A stretch of DNA of 64,000 bases from Nibricoccus sp. (GTDB lineage Bacteria; Verrucomicrobiota; Verrucomicrobiia; Opitutales; Opitutaceae), in contig JASGHG010000001.1 in the NCBI GenBank assembly GCA_047602425.1, positions 3,296,001-3,360,000 of the forward strand, in the 5' to 3' direction. The stretch's first letter is position 1; every line of letters begins with the position of its first letter. The notes beneath the pieces are model-generated. The model had not been told where the DNA came from. It saw only the letters and a list, made by a program, of their open reading frames with translations, and made no database searches. Positions 30,260 to 40,400 of this stretch are shown here, piece by piece. Both the position numbers and the translations under genes were made by a program.

Positions 30260-31366
30260 ATGAACTTCTCCCACGACGAACTTTCCCGCTATGCCCGCCA
30301 TCTTTCGCTGGCTGGTTTCGGCCCGGCTGCGCAGGAGAAGTTGAAACGCAGCCGCGTGCTCGTAATCGGCGCGGGCGGGTTGGGCTGTCCGGCGTTGCTC
30401 TATCTTGCGGCGGCGGGGGTGGGGAAGATCGTAATCATGGATGGTGATCGGGTTGATGTATCCAATCTCCAACGACAAGTGCTCTTTGCGAGCGATGATG
30501 CCGGCCAGTTCAAGGTTGATGCCGCCGCCCGCCGTTTGTGCGCACTCAATCCCTTGATCGAGATCGTACCGCTGGCCGAACGTTTCACGCGCGACAATGC
30601 CCTCGACTGCCTGCGCGACGTCGACGTGGTGGTTGACGGCTCGGATAATTTTTCAACGCGCTACCTGGTGAATGACGCCTGCGTGCTGGCGGGTAAGCCA
30701 TTTGTCTACGGTGCAATTCAGGGCTTCGAAGGGCAGGCGAGCGTGTTTAACTTCCAGGGCGGACCAACCTATCGCTGCCTCTTTCCCGAACCACCGGAAC
30801 CAGGCTCTGTACCTAATTGTTCCGAGGCAGGTGTGCTCGGCGTGCTGCCAGGATTGATTGGAACGATTCAGGCGACGGAGGCGATAAAACTTCTGACGGG
30901 CATCGGCGAGCCATTGAGCGGCCGCCTTCTGCTTTGGGACTCGCTGTCGATGACTTCGCGTACCGTCAAACTCGCGGTCGATCCGCGGAGTCGTGAAATT
31001 CGCGAACTTCCGCTCGAAAATTATGGCCAGACGTGCTCATTGCCGGCGATGCAACAACCCGGCAGCGACGAAATCGATGGCCTCGAACTCCGCACAAAGC
31101 TCAATGCCACGCAACTGATCGACGTGCGTGAGGATTGGGAGCGGGCGATGGGCACCATCGAACCCTCCGCCCATCTTCCGCTTGGGCAGCTGGCCAACGG
31201 TTCGGTGGCTGGAGCCATTGCGACGCTCGACGCAAAGCACCCAACGGTTGTTTTCTGCGCGCACGGCATGCGCAGCCTGAAAGCTCTGGCAGTGTTGCGC
31301 GAACGCTATGGTTTTACGAATGCGCAGAGTTTGCGCGGCGGTTACGAAGCTTGGACGATGCTCTAG
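30260..31366 (+). CDS. ThiF/MoeB-family adenylyltransferase with C-terminal rhodanese domain (MoeZ-like)
   Basis: RYARH, GAGGLG, SNLQRQ, YRCLFP..PNCSEAGVLG, IDVREDWE, CAHGMRS. Confidence 0.92.
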   Translation: MNFSHDELSRYARHLSLAGFGPAAQEKLKRSRVLVIGAGGLGCPALLYLAAAGVGKIVIMDGDRVDVSNLQRQVLFASDDAGQFKVDAAARRLCALNPLIEIVPLAERFTRDNALDCLRDVDVVVDGSDNFSTRYLVNDACVLAGKPFVYGAIQGFEGQASVFNFQGGPTYRCLFPEPPEPGSVPNCSEAGVLGVLPGLIGTIQATEAIKLLTGIGEPLSGRLLLWDSLSMTSRTVKLAVDPRSREIRELPLENYGQTCSLPAMQQPGSDEIDGLELRTKLNATQLIDVREDWERAMGTIEPSAHLPLGQLANGSVAGAIATLDAKHPTVVFCAHGMRSLKALAVLRERYGFTNAQSLRGGYEAWTML

Positions 31367-31450
31367 ATCAGTGCGCTTTAGGTGCATGCACCGCTAGTGA
31401 AAACGTTCGCAGAGGAGAACCAATTTCCCGAATTGCGTTCTAAATCTTCC

Positions 31451-32047
31451 ATGAAAACAAAACTCCGTTTAGTCGTTTTGGCGGTGTCGTTTGCTTTGTT
31501 TGGTTTCGGTGGTGTGCGAGCGGATGTTTCGCTATCAGTCTCCGCCGATATTCGTATCGGCAAAGTGCCGCCACCTCCACCGCCGGTGATTGAAGTGATC
31601 GATGCCCCGCAACCAAAAGGTCCGCCGCCTTGGGCTCCGGCGCATGGTTTTCATCGAAATCACACGTACTATTTCTATCCAGCCTGCGACGTCTATTATC
31701 GTCCCGATGACCACATGTGGTTCTTTCTCGAAGGTGGCGCGTGGACGGCGACGGTGCGATTACCGGATCGACTGGAAATCGATTTCAGCCGCTCGGTTCC
31801 GCTGACAATGGAAACCGACAAGCCCTACGTGCATCACGAAGCGATCGTTGCGCATTACCCGAAAGACTATTTCAGGAAGGTGAAGATCAAGTCGGAGGGG
31901 AGGCCTGACAACGAACGTGTCGAGAAAGAGCATAAGAAGGACCTCGAAAAACATCACGAGCCCGAACGTAAAACGCAAAAGGCCGGGCCTGACGACGATG
32001 ACGATCACGGCAAAGGCAGAGGCAAAGGTAAGGGTAAAAACAAATAA
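31451..32047 (+). CDS. Exported hypothetical protein with GPPPWAPAHG motif and charged low-complexity tail
   Basis: Signal peptide from ATG 31451, Pro-rich segment, YYFYP..VYY..WF aromatic core, GKGKGK tail. Confidence 0.75.
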   Translation: MKTKLRLVVLAVSFALFGFGGVRADVSLSVSADIRIGKVPPPPPPVIEVIDAPQPKGPPPWAPAHGFHRNHTYYFYPACDVYYRPDDHMWFFLEGGAWTATVRLPDRLEIDFSRSVPLTMETDKPYVHHEAIVAHYPKDYFRKVKIKSEGRPDNERVEKEHKKDLEKHHEPERKTQKAGPDDDDDHGKGRGKGKGKNK

Positions 32048-32108
32048 AAACCGCCAAAGCATCGAAGAGACAAGGTTCGCGAACAGTGCCAAACTATTCG
32101 GTAACGCC

Positions 32109-32138
32109 AAGCCGGGGCGATCCGCCCCGGCTTTTTTA
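32109..32138 (+). terminator. Intrinsic terminator
   Basis: AAGCCGGGGCG-ATC-CGCCCCGGCTTTTTT. Confidence 0.8.
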
Positions 32139-32338
32139 TTCGGCGAAACAGGACCAAGTGCTGCGGTCGTTTTTAGAGCTGCTGCCCTCGCCGAGGTTGC
32201 CCGCTTGCCCGGTTTTGAACGTTGTGCCTTTGATTCTTTTCGGGGCACGCAAAAGCGCGGACCGACTGGCGCTGCGCACGTTATCGACTAGCGTTTGAGC
32301 AGTCGTGAATTTTTTCCGACGAAACCTACATCCTTAAA

Positions 32339-32845
32339 ATGTCCTCCCCTGTCCAATCTACTTACCTGCAGCCGTCATCCAATGCGAGCGGCTCCGTCAA
32401 TTACCAAGCGCCGGATCTCACACGCCATCCGCCGCGCAGCCCGCGCACGCGCCTCGGTGGGTTCGTTCAACTTCCGCGCTTGATCGACAAGGCCCGTGCC
32501 GTCGCAGCGGGCAAGGGTGGCGACTTCCATTACAATTGCCCGATCGACCAGCGCTTCTTTTCTTTCACCGGCGTTAATGCCGACGCCTTCATGGAGCAGA
32601 TCAAAGCCGGTAAATCCGACAGCGAACTGCTCGCTTTCGTCATGGCGAACCTCCAGCCCAAACGGCACGCGTCGGAAATCGTCTCTTGGTCGACCTGGTT
32701 CGAAAATCTCACTGCCACGCCGCCGGACACTCGCGCCTTTTTCAACGACGTTCATCGCAAAAACGCCCCGCAGCGCGAAGACATTGCGACGTGGTTCGAC
32801 TGGCTCGATCTGGACGATTACGTGACGTACGGCGGAAAAGCTTAA
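32339..32845 (+). CDS. DUF5069-like protein
   Basis: DLTRHPPRSPRTRLGG...PRLIDKARA...YNCPID...WFDWLDLDD; family call from recall. Confidence 0.8.
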   Translation: MSSPVQSTYLQPSSNASGSVNYQAPDLTRHPPRSPRTRLGGFVQLPRLIDKARAVAAGKGGDFHYNCPIDQRFFSFTGVNADAFMEQIKAGKSDSELLAFVMANLQPKRHASEIVSWSTWFENLTATPPDTRAFFNDVHRKNAPQREDIATWFDWLDLDDYVTYGGKA

Positions 32846-32978
32846 CCGCCTGTAACCGCTATTCGGCCCCGCTGCATTCAACGGGCGGGGCATTGTCTCG
32901 ATTGATCGTGTTTACAACAGATCCGGATGAGAAGCTTGAGCTGGCCAGCGGGTCGAAAATTTTTCAACGTGCGCCTCT

Positions 32979-33962
32979 ATGAAAATCCGCACTTTAGGTA
33001 ATACCGGTTTTCGCGTCGGCGAAATCGGCTTGGGCACTTGGCAGCTGGGCGGCTCTTGGGGTGAGGTCACGGAACAGACCGCGCTCGAAACCCTGCGCGC
33101 CGCCGTGGCAACGGGGGTGAACTTTTTGGATACGGCGGATGTTTATGGCGATGGTCGCAGCGAGCGGCTTATCGGGCGATTTTTGAAGGAGACGCGCGAG
33201 CCGGTCTTTGTCGCGACCAAACTCGGACGCTCCGGCACCCCGGGTTGGCCAAAAAACTTTACCCGCGCTGCGGTGCGTCAGCATACGGAAGCATCGCTTC
33301 AACGTCTCGGCGTCGAGGCGCTCGATCTCACGCAATTGCACTGTGTGCCTTTGGCGGCCTTGAAAAACGGCGAGATGTTCGACGCGCTTCGCGAATTGCA
33401 ACGCGAGGGGAAGATCAAAGCTTTTGGCGTAAGCGTCGAATCGATGGAGGAAGCGCTTTACTGCCTGGAGCAGCCGGGCGTGGTTTCGCTTCAGATCATC
33501 TTTAATATCTTCAGGCAGAAACCGATTCACACGCTCTTCGCCGCCGCGAAGCAGAAAAATATCGCCTTAATCGTGCGTTTGCCGCTGGCGAGTGGTTTGC
33601 TCGGAGGAAAAATGACGAAGCACACCCAGTTTGCTCCGACCGATCACCGCGTGGAGAATCGCGATGGACAGCTCTTCAATGTCGGCGAGACGTTTGCCGG
33701 TTTGCCCTTTGAAAAAGGCGTGGAACTCGCCGAGGCGCTTAAACCGCTCGTTCCCGCCGGCCAGTCTATGGCGGATTTCGCATTGCGGTGGTGTCTCGAT
33801 TTTGAGGCGGTCAGCGTGCTCATTCCCGGAGCGCGCAATCCCGAACAAGCCCGCGGCAACGTCCGCGCCTCGGACTTGCCTTCTCTCGGCCGCGAGTGTC
33901 ATGCAAAGCTTGCGAGTTTCTACGAACAAGAAGTGGCCGCGCACATTCGCGGACCTTACTAA
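32979..33962 (+). CDS. Aldo/keto reductase
   Basis: IGLGTWQLGG, DTADVYGDGRSE, ATK, LDLTQLH, IPGARN. Confidence 0.95.
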   Translation: MKIRTLGNTGFRVGEIGLGTWQLGGSWGEVTEQTALETLRAAVATGVNFLDTADVYGDGRSERLIGRFLKETREPVFVATKLGRSGTPGWPKNFTRAAVRQHTEASLQRLGVEALDLTQLHCVPLAALKNGEMFDALRELQREGKIKAFGVSVESMEEALYCLEQPGVVSLQIIFNIFRQKPIHTLFAAAKQKNIALIVRLPLASGLLGGKMTKHTQFAPTDHRVENRDGQLFNVGETFAGLPFEKGVELAEALKPLVPAGQSMADFALRWCLDFEAVSVLIPGARNPEQARGNVRASDLPSLGRECHAKLASFYEQEVAAHIRGPY

Positions 33963-34149
33963 GGCCGCTCGGGCTCGTTTATTCGGCGAAAGATTTCGCT
34001 CCTGGAAGATGCGCTGCGGATGCTTTCGGATTTAGTTGTCCGAAACATGGGACTTCGTCCGTGGAATAAACCATGAAGCCCACAACCAAAATATCCATGG
34101 CAGGAATCGGCCCGTGTCGCCCTTGCTGTCACGACTTGGAGAACAAATC

Positions 34150-34799
34150 ATGAGAAAGATTGTCGCCATCACCCATGTCACGCTCGACGGCATTATGCAG
34201 GCGCCCGGCGGCCCAGAGGAAGATCCAACCGGCGGTTTCACACAAGGTGGCTGGGCTATGCTTTTCGGGGATGAGATTGGGGGCGAGGCCATCGACAAAA
34301 TCATGTCCGCCAAGTCCTCGGTCGCCGCACCTATGAAATTTTCGCGGCATACTGGCCTTACGTCGGCGAGAATTCCATCGCGAAGGCTTTTAACAACGCG
34401 ACGAAGTACGTAGTGACGCGCAGTCTGAAAAAATTCGACTGGGCGAAATCGCAGCCAATCGGCACCGATGCTGTGGACGAGATCCTCCGCTTGAAGGCAT
34501 CTGACGGGGCCGAATTGCACATCTGGGGTAGCAGCGAACTGCTGCAGACCCTAATTGCTGCGGAACTGATCGACGAGTTTCGCGTTTGGATCTACCCGGT
34601 GGTTTTAGGCAAGGGCAAGCGATTGTTCGAAAAAGGTGTGTCCCCGCGTGGCCTCACATTGGTGGAGTCGCGCGCCACGACAAAAGGCGTCCTCTTGAAT
34701 ACCTACCGCCCGGCCGGTCCCCTTCCGGCAGGTTCTCCGCTTGAAAAGCCATCCAAGGCCGAACTGGTGCGCCGCCGAAAACTGGCTGCTGAGAAATGA
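34150..34799 (+). pseudogene. Dihydrofolate reductase/RibD C-terminal family protein, frameshifted
   Basis: MRKIVAITHVTLDGIMQAPGG in one frame; LGRRTYEIFAAYWP..KYVVTRSL..IWGSSEL..PVVLGKGKRLF in the next. Break near 34313-34318. Confidence 0.85.
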
Positions 34800-34881
34800 T
34801 ATTTAAACTGCAGAGAACGCAGATTGCCGGAAAACGACTGCGGATTGCATTTCATCTGGCCTCGTGCTGATTTCGTGGAGC

Positions 34882-35505
34882 ATGCCGCTCCATCGAAAAA
34901 AGATTTTTCGCCTGCCACCGCCCGCGCCCACCACGATCTATGTTCGATCGGGCTACAATCGTGTGCTCGCCGAGGAATTCGAGGCACTCAAGGTGAAGCG
35001 CGTCGCATTGGTCGCCGACAAGGTCGAAGCCCACAGCCAGGGCGACCTGCGCGAGAACTTCGGCTTCAAGGCGGCGAAGGAGGCAATCCGCGCCGTCGAT
35101 CGCAAGATGACGGCGCTCGACCGCTTCGTCGCACGCAACACCTTCATCGAAGTCGATCCCGCTGCATGGCTCACCAAACCAACCGTCACGCTCCAACTTG
35201 GGCATGTCACCACGCTCGAGAAACAGGACGTGGCGACGAAACGAAAGCACCGTTTCACCTTTCTCGTGACGACCTACGGCGAAACGGCGGTCGACGAGGA
35301 GTCGGGCATAGAATGTCTGCCGCATACCTCTCCGCTCGCCGCCGCGGTGTTAGGTCTCGCCGCTGGTTCGGAAACGCGGACGACTCTTCCCGCCGGCGAG
35401 GCCATTCTCAAAATCGTTTCCATCCGCAATCCCACCCAGGCGGAACTCGACCGTTTGCTCATGCCGATCAAGCCGCCGGAGATAGCGGACGACGAAGGCG
35501 CCTGA
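34882..35505 (+). CDS. GreA/GreB-family transcription elongation factor paralog; start uncertain
   Basis: Coiled coil with GDLRENFGFKAAKE tip; C-terminal SPLAAAVLGLAAG..LKIVSI. Confidence 0.75.
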   Translation: MPLHRKKIFRLPPPAPTTIYVRSGYNRVLAEEFEALKVKRVALVADKVEAHSQGDLRENFGFKAAKEAIRAVDRKMTALDRFVARNTFIEVDPAAWLTKPTVTLQLGHVTTLEKQDVATKRKHRFTFLVTTYGETAVDEESGIECLPHTSPLAAAVLGLAAGSETRTTLPAGEAILKIVSIRNPTQAELDRLLMPIKPPEIADDEGA

Positions 35506-35813
35506 CGGCGGGCGATGATTGCGAGATCTGAAGCATTGCCGTCGATGCGGGCAAGCAGTGGCATTTAGGCGCCTGAGATTTGTCTGGCTCGTAACGCCTG
35601 TGGGCCGTGGCGTTCATAGGCAGATTTCGAGATGTTTACTGTTCATACAAAATACATGGCGCGTAGCGCCCCGTGCACTTTCGGAGTGAAGAGGCAGCGG
35701 GAACATTTCGGGTAACTGTTTTGTTACTGATGAATTCTGGCGGATGGCTCGTGGGAGTTCAGTAACTCGGCTTCAATGGCCACAAGGCGGTGGTCCTAAT
35801 CATCACAAATGTC

Positions 35814-38561
35814 ATGAGAATAAAATATTCAATTAGCTATGTCTGTTGGTTTCTTCTTTTCCTAGTTTGCTGTTTCCTGACTCTGCAGGCTGACGTCCTG
35901 CCCACGAATTACCGCAATTTCTATCGAGCAGACCGGAACTTCGTCACACGAATAGAAACGGCAGGCGGGACGATCCGTGCGGTGGCAGCAACTCCTGATG
36001 GGGGCTTTGTCGTGGCTGGACGATTTTCCACGATTGCCGATCAGCCGCGTCTAAATCTTGCGAAATACAAGGCGGACGGGAGCGTCGATCCGAATTTCAA
36101 TGCCAACACGGGATGTGATGGCGAAATCTCGACGATGGCGGTGCAGGCGGACGGGAAATTCGTCATCGGCGGAAATTTCACGACATTCAACGGCACGGCG
36201 CGAATCGGTATTGCCCGCGTCAATACGGATGGTTCGCTCGATACGAGCTTTGAGCCACACTTGGGATTCAACGCGCCGGTGACGGCGGTGGCCGTGCAGC
36301 CGGATGGCAAGGTCGTGGTGGCAGGGATTTTTTCGCACTTTAACGGTGTGGCACGCGCAGGGATGGCGCGCCTGAATAGCGATGGCAGCCTGGATCAAAG
36401 CCTGGATGTTGGTTCGGGTTTCGACACCTTCGTAAAGGCGATCGTCATACAGCCCGACGGCGGAATCATCGCCGGAGGTTCTTTTGAGACAGTGAATGGA
36501 GCGGCGGCCAAAACCCTCGTTCGTCTCCGGAGTGACGGATCGCGCGATACGGCGTTTAGCGCAAATTTGGGAACTGGATTCACTGCGGCGCCCACGTGGG
36601 TATATGCATTGGGGCTTCAGCCGGACGGCAAAATTGTGGCTGGCGGCATCTTCAGTGCCGTGAACGGAAACGCTCGCAATGGAATCGTCCGTTTGAATTC
36701 CGACGGCACGGTGGACAACACCTTTAATGTGGGCACTGGCGTGGACCGCTATCCGGTGGAATCGCTGGTGCTTCTGGCGGACGGGCGTATTTTGATCGGC
36801 GGAAATTTTAGCTCTTTTAATGGATCGGCAAGGCGAGGTATTGCCCGATTGAATACGAACGGTTCGCTGGACAACGCTTTTGATCCCGGCAGCGGTTTTG
36901 CGGGAGATTTGGGCAACACGACGGTCTCCACTCTTGCCGTCCTGTCGGACGGACGCATTGCTGCGGGCGGGAACTTCACCGGCTTCGACGGCCACGCCGT
37001 GCTCAACCTTGCTCGACTGGGCGCAAACGGTGGGTTTGATGCGCTGGCAGGAGGTGCGTTGCGCAAGCCCGGGCAAACCCGCGCGTCGCTCCCGGTCGGG
37101 GACAAAATTGTAGTGGTGGGTTCATTCGATTTTGTGAACGGCGTGGCGCGGACCGGCATCGCGCGACTCCACGCAGCCAGCGGCGCGTTGGACACATCGT
37201 TTGCTCTTACGGGATCGGGTTTCGACGCGGGGCTTGTATCGAGAGTGATCGCACAGCCCGATGGAAAGCTTGTCGTGACGGGAGATTTCGCCGCCTACAA
37301 CGGGACGAGCCGTGCCGGTATTGCTCGCCTGAATACGGATGGATCGCTCGATACGACTTTCAATCCCGGCACGGGTTTTGATTATACGCCTGCGGTCAGT
37401 TTGGTTTTGCAGCCGGACGGAAAGATGGTCGTGGGCGGAGGATTTGCGATTTATAACGGCGTAGCTCGGCCACGGGTTGCTCGTTTAAATGCGAACGGTT
37501 CGCTGGACATGAGCTTCAATCCCGGCGCCGGCTTCGACGGTCCGCCCCTGGCGATGCTTCTGCAGGCGGATGGGCGGATTGTTGCGGGTGGCGCTTTTGC
37601 GACTTACAACGGCACGGCGCGCAGTTGTATCGCCAGGCTGAATACCGACGGTTCGCTCGATACGAGTTTTAATCCCGGCCTGGGTTTTAAGGACAATAGC
37701 AGCGTCGGTGCGGCCTCAAATGTCGAAGCCATGATCCTGCAACCCGACGGCAAGATCGTCGCGGCGGGCGACTTCACTCATTTCAATAGTGTTGCCCGCG
37801 GCGGTATCGCACGAGTGAACGGAGATGGTTCGCTCGACACGTCGTTTGTACCGGGCCTGACGTTTAACGGCTTTTCCTTTTCGCTGGCGTTGCAGACAGA
37901 TGGAAAAATCGTCCTAGCCGGTTACATGCATACGGCGAACGAGGCATTTTTGCCCCAGTTCTGGCGTTTATACGCGGATGGCCTTATCGACCCGCTATTT
38001 TTTGTGCAGGAAACGATCGGAACTTTTTTGCGTTACGATGACAACGGCCGGTTATTGGTGTCCGGCGCAGGCGCGATTGCGAACGGCTTTTCCCAAGTGG
38101 GATTTGCCGTCGTTGCGCCTGATCTCAACGCGCCGATGTTCACGGTTCAGCCGATGAGCGCGACGGTGAACGTTGGTGGTTCGGTTAACTTTACCTCAAA
38201 TGCCACCGGTGTTCCGACTCCCGCTTATCAATGGTACAAGGGGCCGGCGACTTTACTGCCCGGCAAAACAGATCCCACGTTGATGATTTCAAATGTTCAG
38301 GCCGCGGATGCCGGAGCGTATTTTGTGACTGCTATAAATAGTTCGGGTTACGACGTCAGTATGCTCGCTGTGCTCACCGTGAATAGCAGCTCATCTTCGT
38401 CGAGCAGCAGTAGCAGTAGCTCAAGTTCGTCGTCGGGTGGCTCCTCGTCTGGTTCGGGCGGCGGGTATGGTGGCGGGGGAGGGGCGCCCAGCTATGGGTA
38501 TTTTGCTGCCGGCTTGGTGTTGTTACTGACACGTTATCTGGCTGCTGCGCGGAAAGTCTGA
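35814..38561 (+). CDS. Surface protein: delta-60 repeats, Ig domain, Ser/Gly linker and C-terminal membrane sorting signal
   Basis: About a dozen QPDGKIVxGGxF...IARLNxDGSLDxSF repeats; YQWYKG..DAGAY Ig domain; GGGGGAPS followed by hydrophobic helix and RK. Confidence 0.9.
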   Translation: MRIKYSISYVCWFLLFLVCCFLTLQADVLPTNYRNFYRADRNFVTRIETAGGTIRAVAATPDGGFVVAGRFSTIADQPRLNLAKYKADGSVDPNFNANTGCDGEISTMAVQADGKFVIGGNFTTFNGTARIGIARVNTDGSLDTSFEPHLGFNAPVTAVAVQPDGKVVVAGIFSHFNGVARAGMARLNSDGSLDQSLDVGSGFDTFVKAIVIQPDGGIIAGGSFETVNGAAAKTLVRLRSDGSRDTAFSANLGTGFTAAPTWVYALGLQPDGKIVAGGIFSAVNGNARNGIVRLNSDGTVDNTFNVGTGVDRYPVESLVLLADGRILIGGNFSSFNGSARRGIARLNTNGSLDNAFDPGSGFAGDLGNTTVSTLAVLSDGRIAAGGNFTGFDGHAVLNLARLGANGGFDALAGGALRKPGQTRASLPVGDKIVVVGSFDFVNGVARTGIARLHAASGALDTSFALTGSGFDAGLVSRVIAQPDGKLVVTGDFAAYNGTSRAGIARLNTDGSLDTTFNPGTGFDYTPAVSLVLQPDGKMVVGGGFAIYNGVARPRVARLNANGSLDMSFNPGAGFDGPPLAMLLQADGRIVAGGAFATYNGTARSCIARLNTDGSLDTSFNPGLGFKDNSSVGAASNVEAMILQPDGKIVAAGDFTHFNSVARGGIARVNGDGSLDTSFVPGLTFNGFSFSLALQTDGKIVLAGYMHTANEAFLPQFWRLYADGLIDPLFFVQETIGTFLRYDDNGRLLVSGAGAIANGFSQVGFAVVAPDLNAPMFTVQPMSATVNVGGSVNFTSNATGVPTPAYQWYKGPATLLPGKTDPTLMISNVQAADAGAYFVTAINSSGYDVSMLAVLTVNSSSSSSSSSSSSSSSSSGGSSSGSGGGYGGGGGAPSYGYFAAGLVLLLTRYLAAARKV

Positions 38562-39079
38562 ACCGCGAAAAAACATTCTGCGGTGCCGCTGCCTCCGTAT
38601 TTTCGCGACAAAATTTTCCTGCCGTATTCACGCCGCGACCGCGGCACGGCATGCGGTCGGGCGCGAATGGGTTTTAGGCCGTCGCTGGATTCGCGGACGG
38701 TGGAATTCTGAATTCGAGGTCGTACTTGGGCGCGACTTGGAGCAAGCGGTCGATTTCCTCCTGTTGAAGTATCCCGAAGATCCCGCTTCCGCCTCGCGCG
38801 ACTGAGTATGGCGTTGCTATTGCCGCGGTTCGGCGTCGCCGAAGCAATGGGCTTGGGCGTGCCTTCTAGATAACGCGCGAAAGTATATAACGAACCACGC
38901 TATTGGTATATATATTCCCCTATGGGATATCGGACCTACCGGAGGATAGGGGAACGGCCCGTAGTGCAACAGCCCATTGGGGGGCGCCTTTCCACACGTT
39001 ATTCTACAGCCCACGGGATGCCTGTTTTGGGCTCTCAGAAATCAACAACCTACAAAGAAAAATAGAAACAAGTTATAAT

Positions 39080-39682
39080 ATGCATACTCCAATAACAAAG
39101 CTCCTGGCTTTGCTGCTCTGCGGCATCGCGGTCTCCGCTCAGGCTACGCCGATCACCGGCCAGCTGAACGTGCAATCGGGCTCCGTCGTACTGACGCCGA
39201 ACCAACTTGGCGCTGTCACCAACGTGGCCGGTTCCATGAATGGCAAGGTCACGTCGGTGGAAGGAAGTTATCCTTCCAGCCTCGTCGGCGGTACGGTCAC
39301 CTACAAACCGTTCAATACAACGGTCGGGAGTCAGGCCATCGCGGGTCTGTGGTCGGTGTTGGACACCGCCACCGGCTTCACCTACTCGTTTGACCTCAAT
39401 TCGGTCCTGTCTGTCATTCAGACAGGTTCCAATCTGTTGGTGAACGGCGAGGGAAAACTCTGGTCAACCAATCCTGATTTGACGGCCGCTTATGGTCTGT
39501 GGTCGTACGGCATTAACTCTGCCGACGGTTCCCCGACCAATGGCGTGTTCTCGTTCCAGTCCAATAACGTCGCGACAGCGGCCGTTCCGGACGGTGCGAG
39601 CACCCTAATTCTTCTGGGTGTCGGCTTGATGGGCGTCGCCGGTCTCAGCCGCGTCTTTCAGAAGAATTCATTCGCGGTCTGA
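39080..39682 (+). CDS. VPDSG-CTERM (PEP-CTERM-like) exported protein
   Basis: Signal peptide ending AQA; C-terminus VPDGASTLILLGVGLMGVAGLSR. Confidence 0.88.
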   Translation: MHTPITKLLALLLCGIAVSAQATPITGQLNVQSGSVVLTPNQLGAVTNVAGSMNGKVTSVEGSYPSSLVGGTVTYKPFNTTVGSQAIAGLWSVLDTATGFTYSFDLNSVLSVIQTGSNLLVNGEGKLWSTNPDLTAAYGLWSYGINSADGSPTNGVFSFQSNNVATAAVPDGASTLILLGVGLMGVAGLSRVFQKNSFAV

Positions 39683-39705
39683 TCGAGTGATAAGATCGAC
39701 CTTCC

Positions 39706-39741
39706 AGTCGCCGGCCTTTCACGACCGGCGACTATTTTTTT
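39706..39741 (+). terminator. Intrinsic terminator
   Basis: AGTCGCCGG-CCTTTCACGA-CCGGCGACT-ATTTTTTT. Confidence 0.75.
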
Positions 39742-39952
39742 GCGCCCGCGATAACGGCCGCCATTGAGAAAGCCGGCCGCCGCGAGCAGTTGTTGTTGGA
39801 TCTTCTGAAGCGGTTGGAGAACTGTCCCAGTGTCTCTCGCTTGCCCTCCACGGCCTGATTCAACGTCGGGGCTGGATGAACGAAATCCGCCGTAACAGGC
39901 TTCACCTGCGTGAGGCCCGTTACGGCGAAATTATTTTAGCGACGCCAGCCGG

Positions 39953-40108
39953 TTAGAGCCGCGTGCGGAATCCACCCGCGAGGTAGATGATCAGGACGAT
40001 CAGCAGCACCAGGCCGAGACCTCCGCCGCCAATGGCGGGTCCGCCAAAGTAGAATCCGCCGCCGCCCAGGAGAAGGAGTAGAACCAGGATAAGAAGGACC
40101 GTACTCAT
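39953..40108 (-). CDS. Small Gly-rich membrane protein (DUF3309-like)
   Basis: 51 aa MSTVLLILVLLLLLGGGGFY..GGGGLGLVLLIVLIIYL; hairpin at about 39887-39927 downstream. Confidence 0.75.
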   Translation of the reverse strand: MSTVLLILVLLLLLGGGGFYFGGPAIGGGGLGLVLLIVLIIYLAGGFRTRL

Positions 40109-40400
40109 GCGCCTAAGATAGCGCGTGGCCCGGCCTGCCGCCATCGGGGTTTTTCCCATCCGGCGGGCGATAAAAAATGGCATCGCACGATTCCGCGCGC
40201 CGTTTCCGACTAGGGAAAAATTTTACGGGAATTTATAAACAGGTTTCGGGCGGCGAAGTTCATGAGGCACTTCTTTAACTCGCCAATGCGCAACAGATAA
40301 ACGGGGCACGCGAGCCATCGCCCTTTGTAGCGATATTTTCGATACGCGGTGAGGTGAAATCTTCATTGCAGGAATTCGTCCTGGTGCCGCAGAGGAAGGA

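Noticed and set aside
40223..40366. 47-aa basic minus-strand ORF (MKISPHRVSK...) divergent from ftsH
   Set aside because: No recognisable motif or RBS and only about 35 nt from the ftsH start; cannot be supported, although not excluded.
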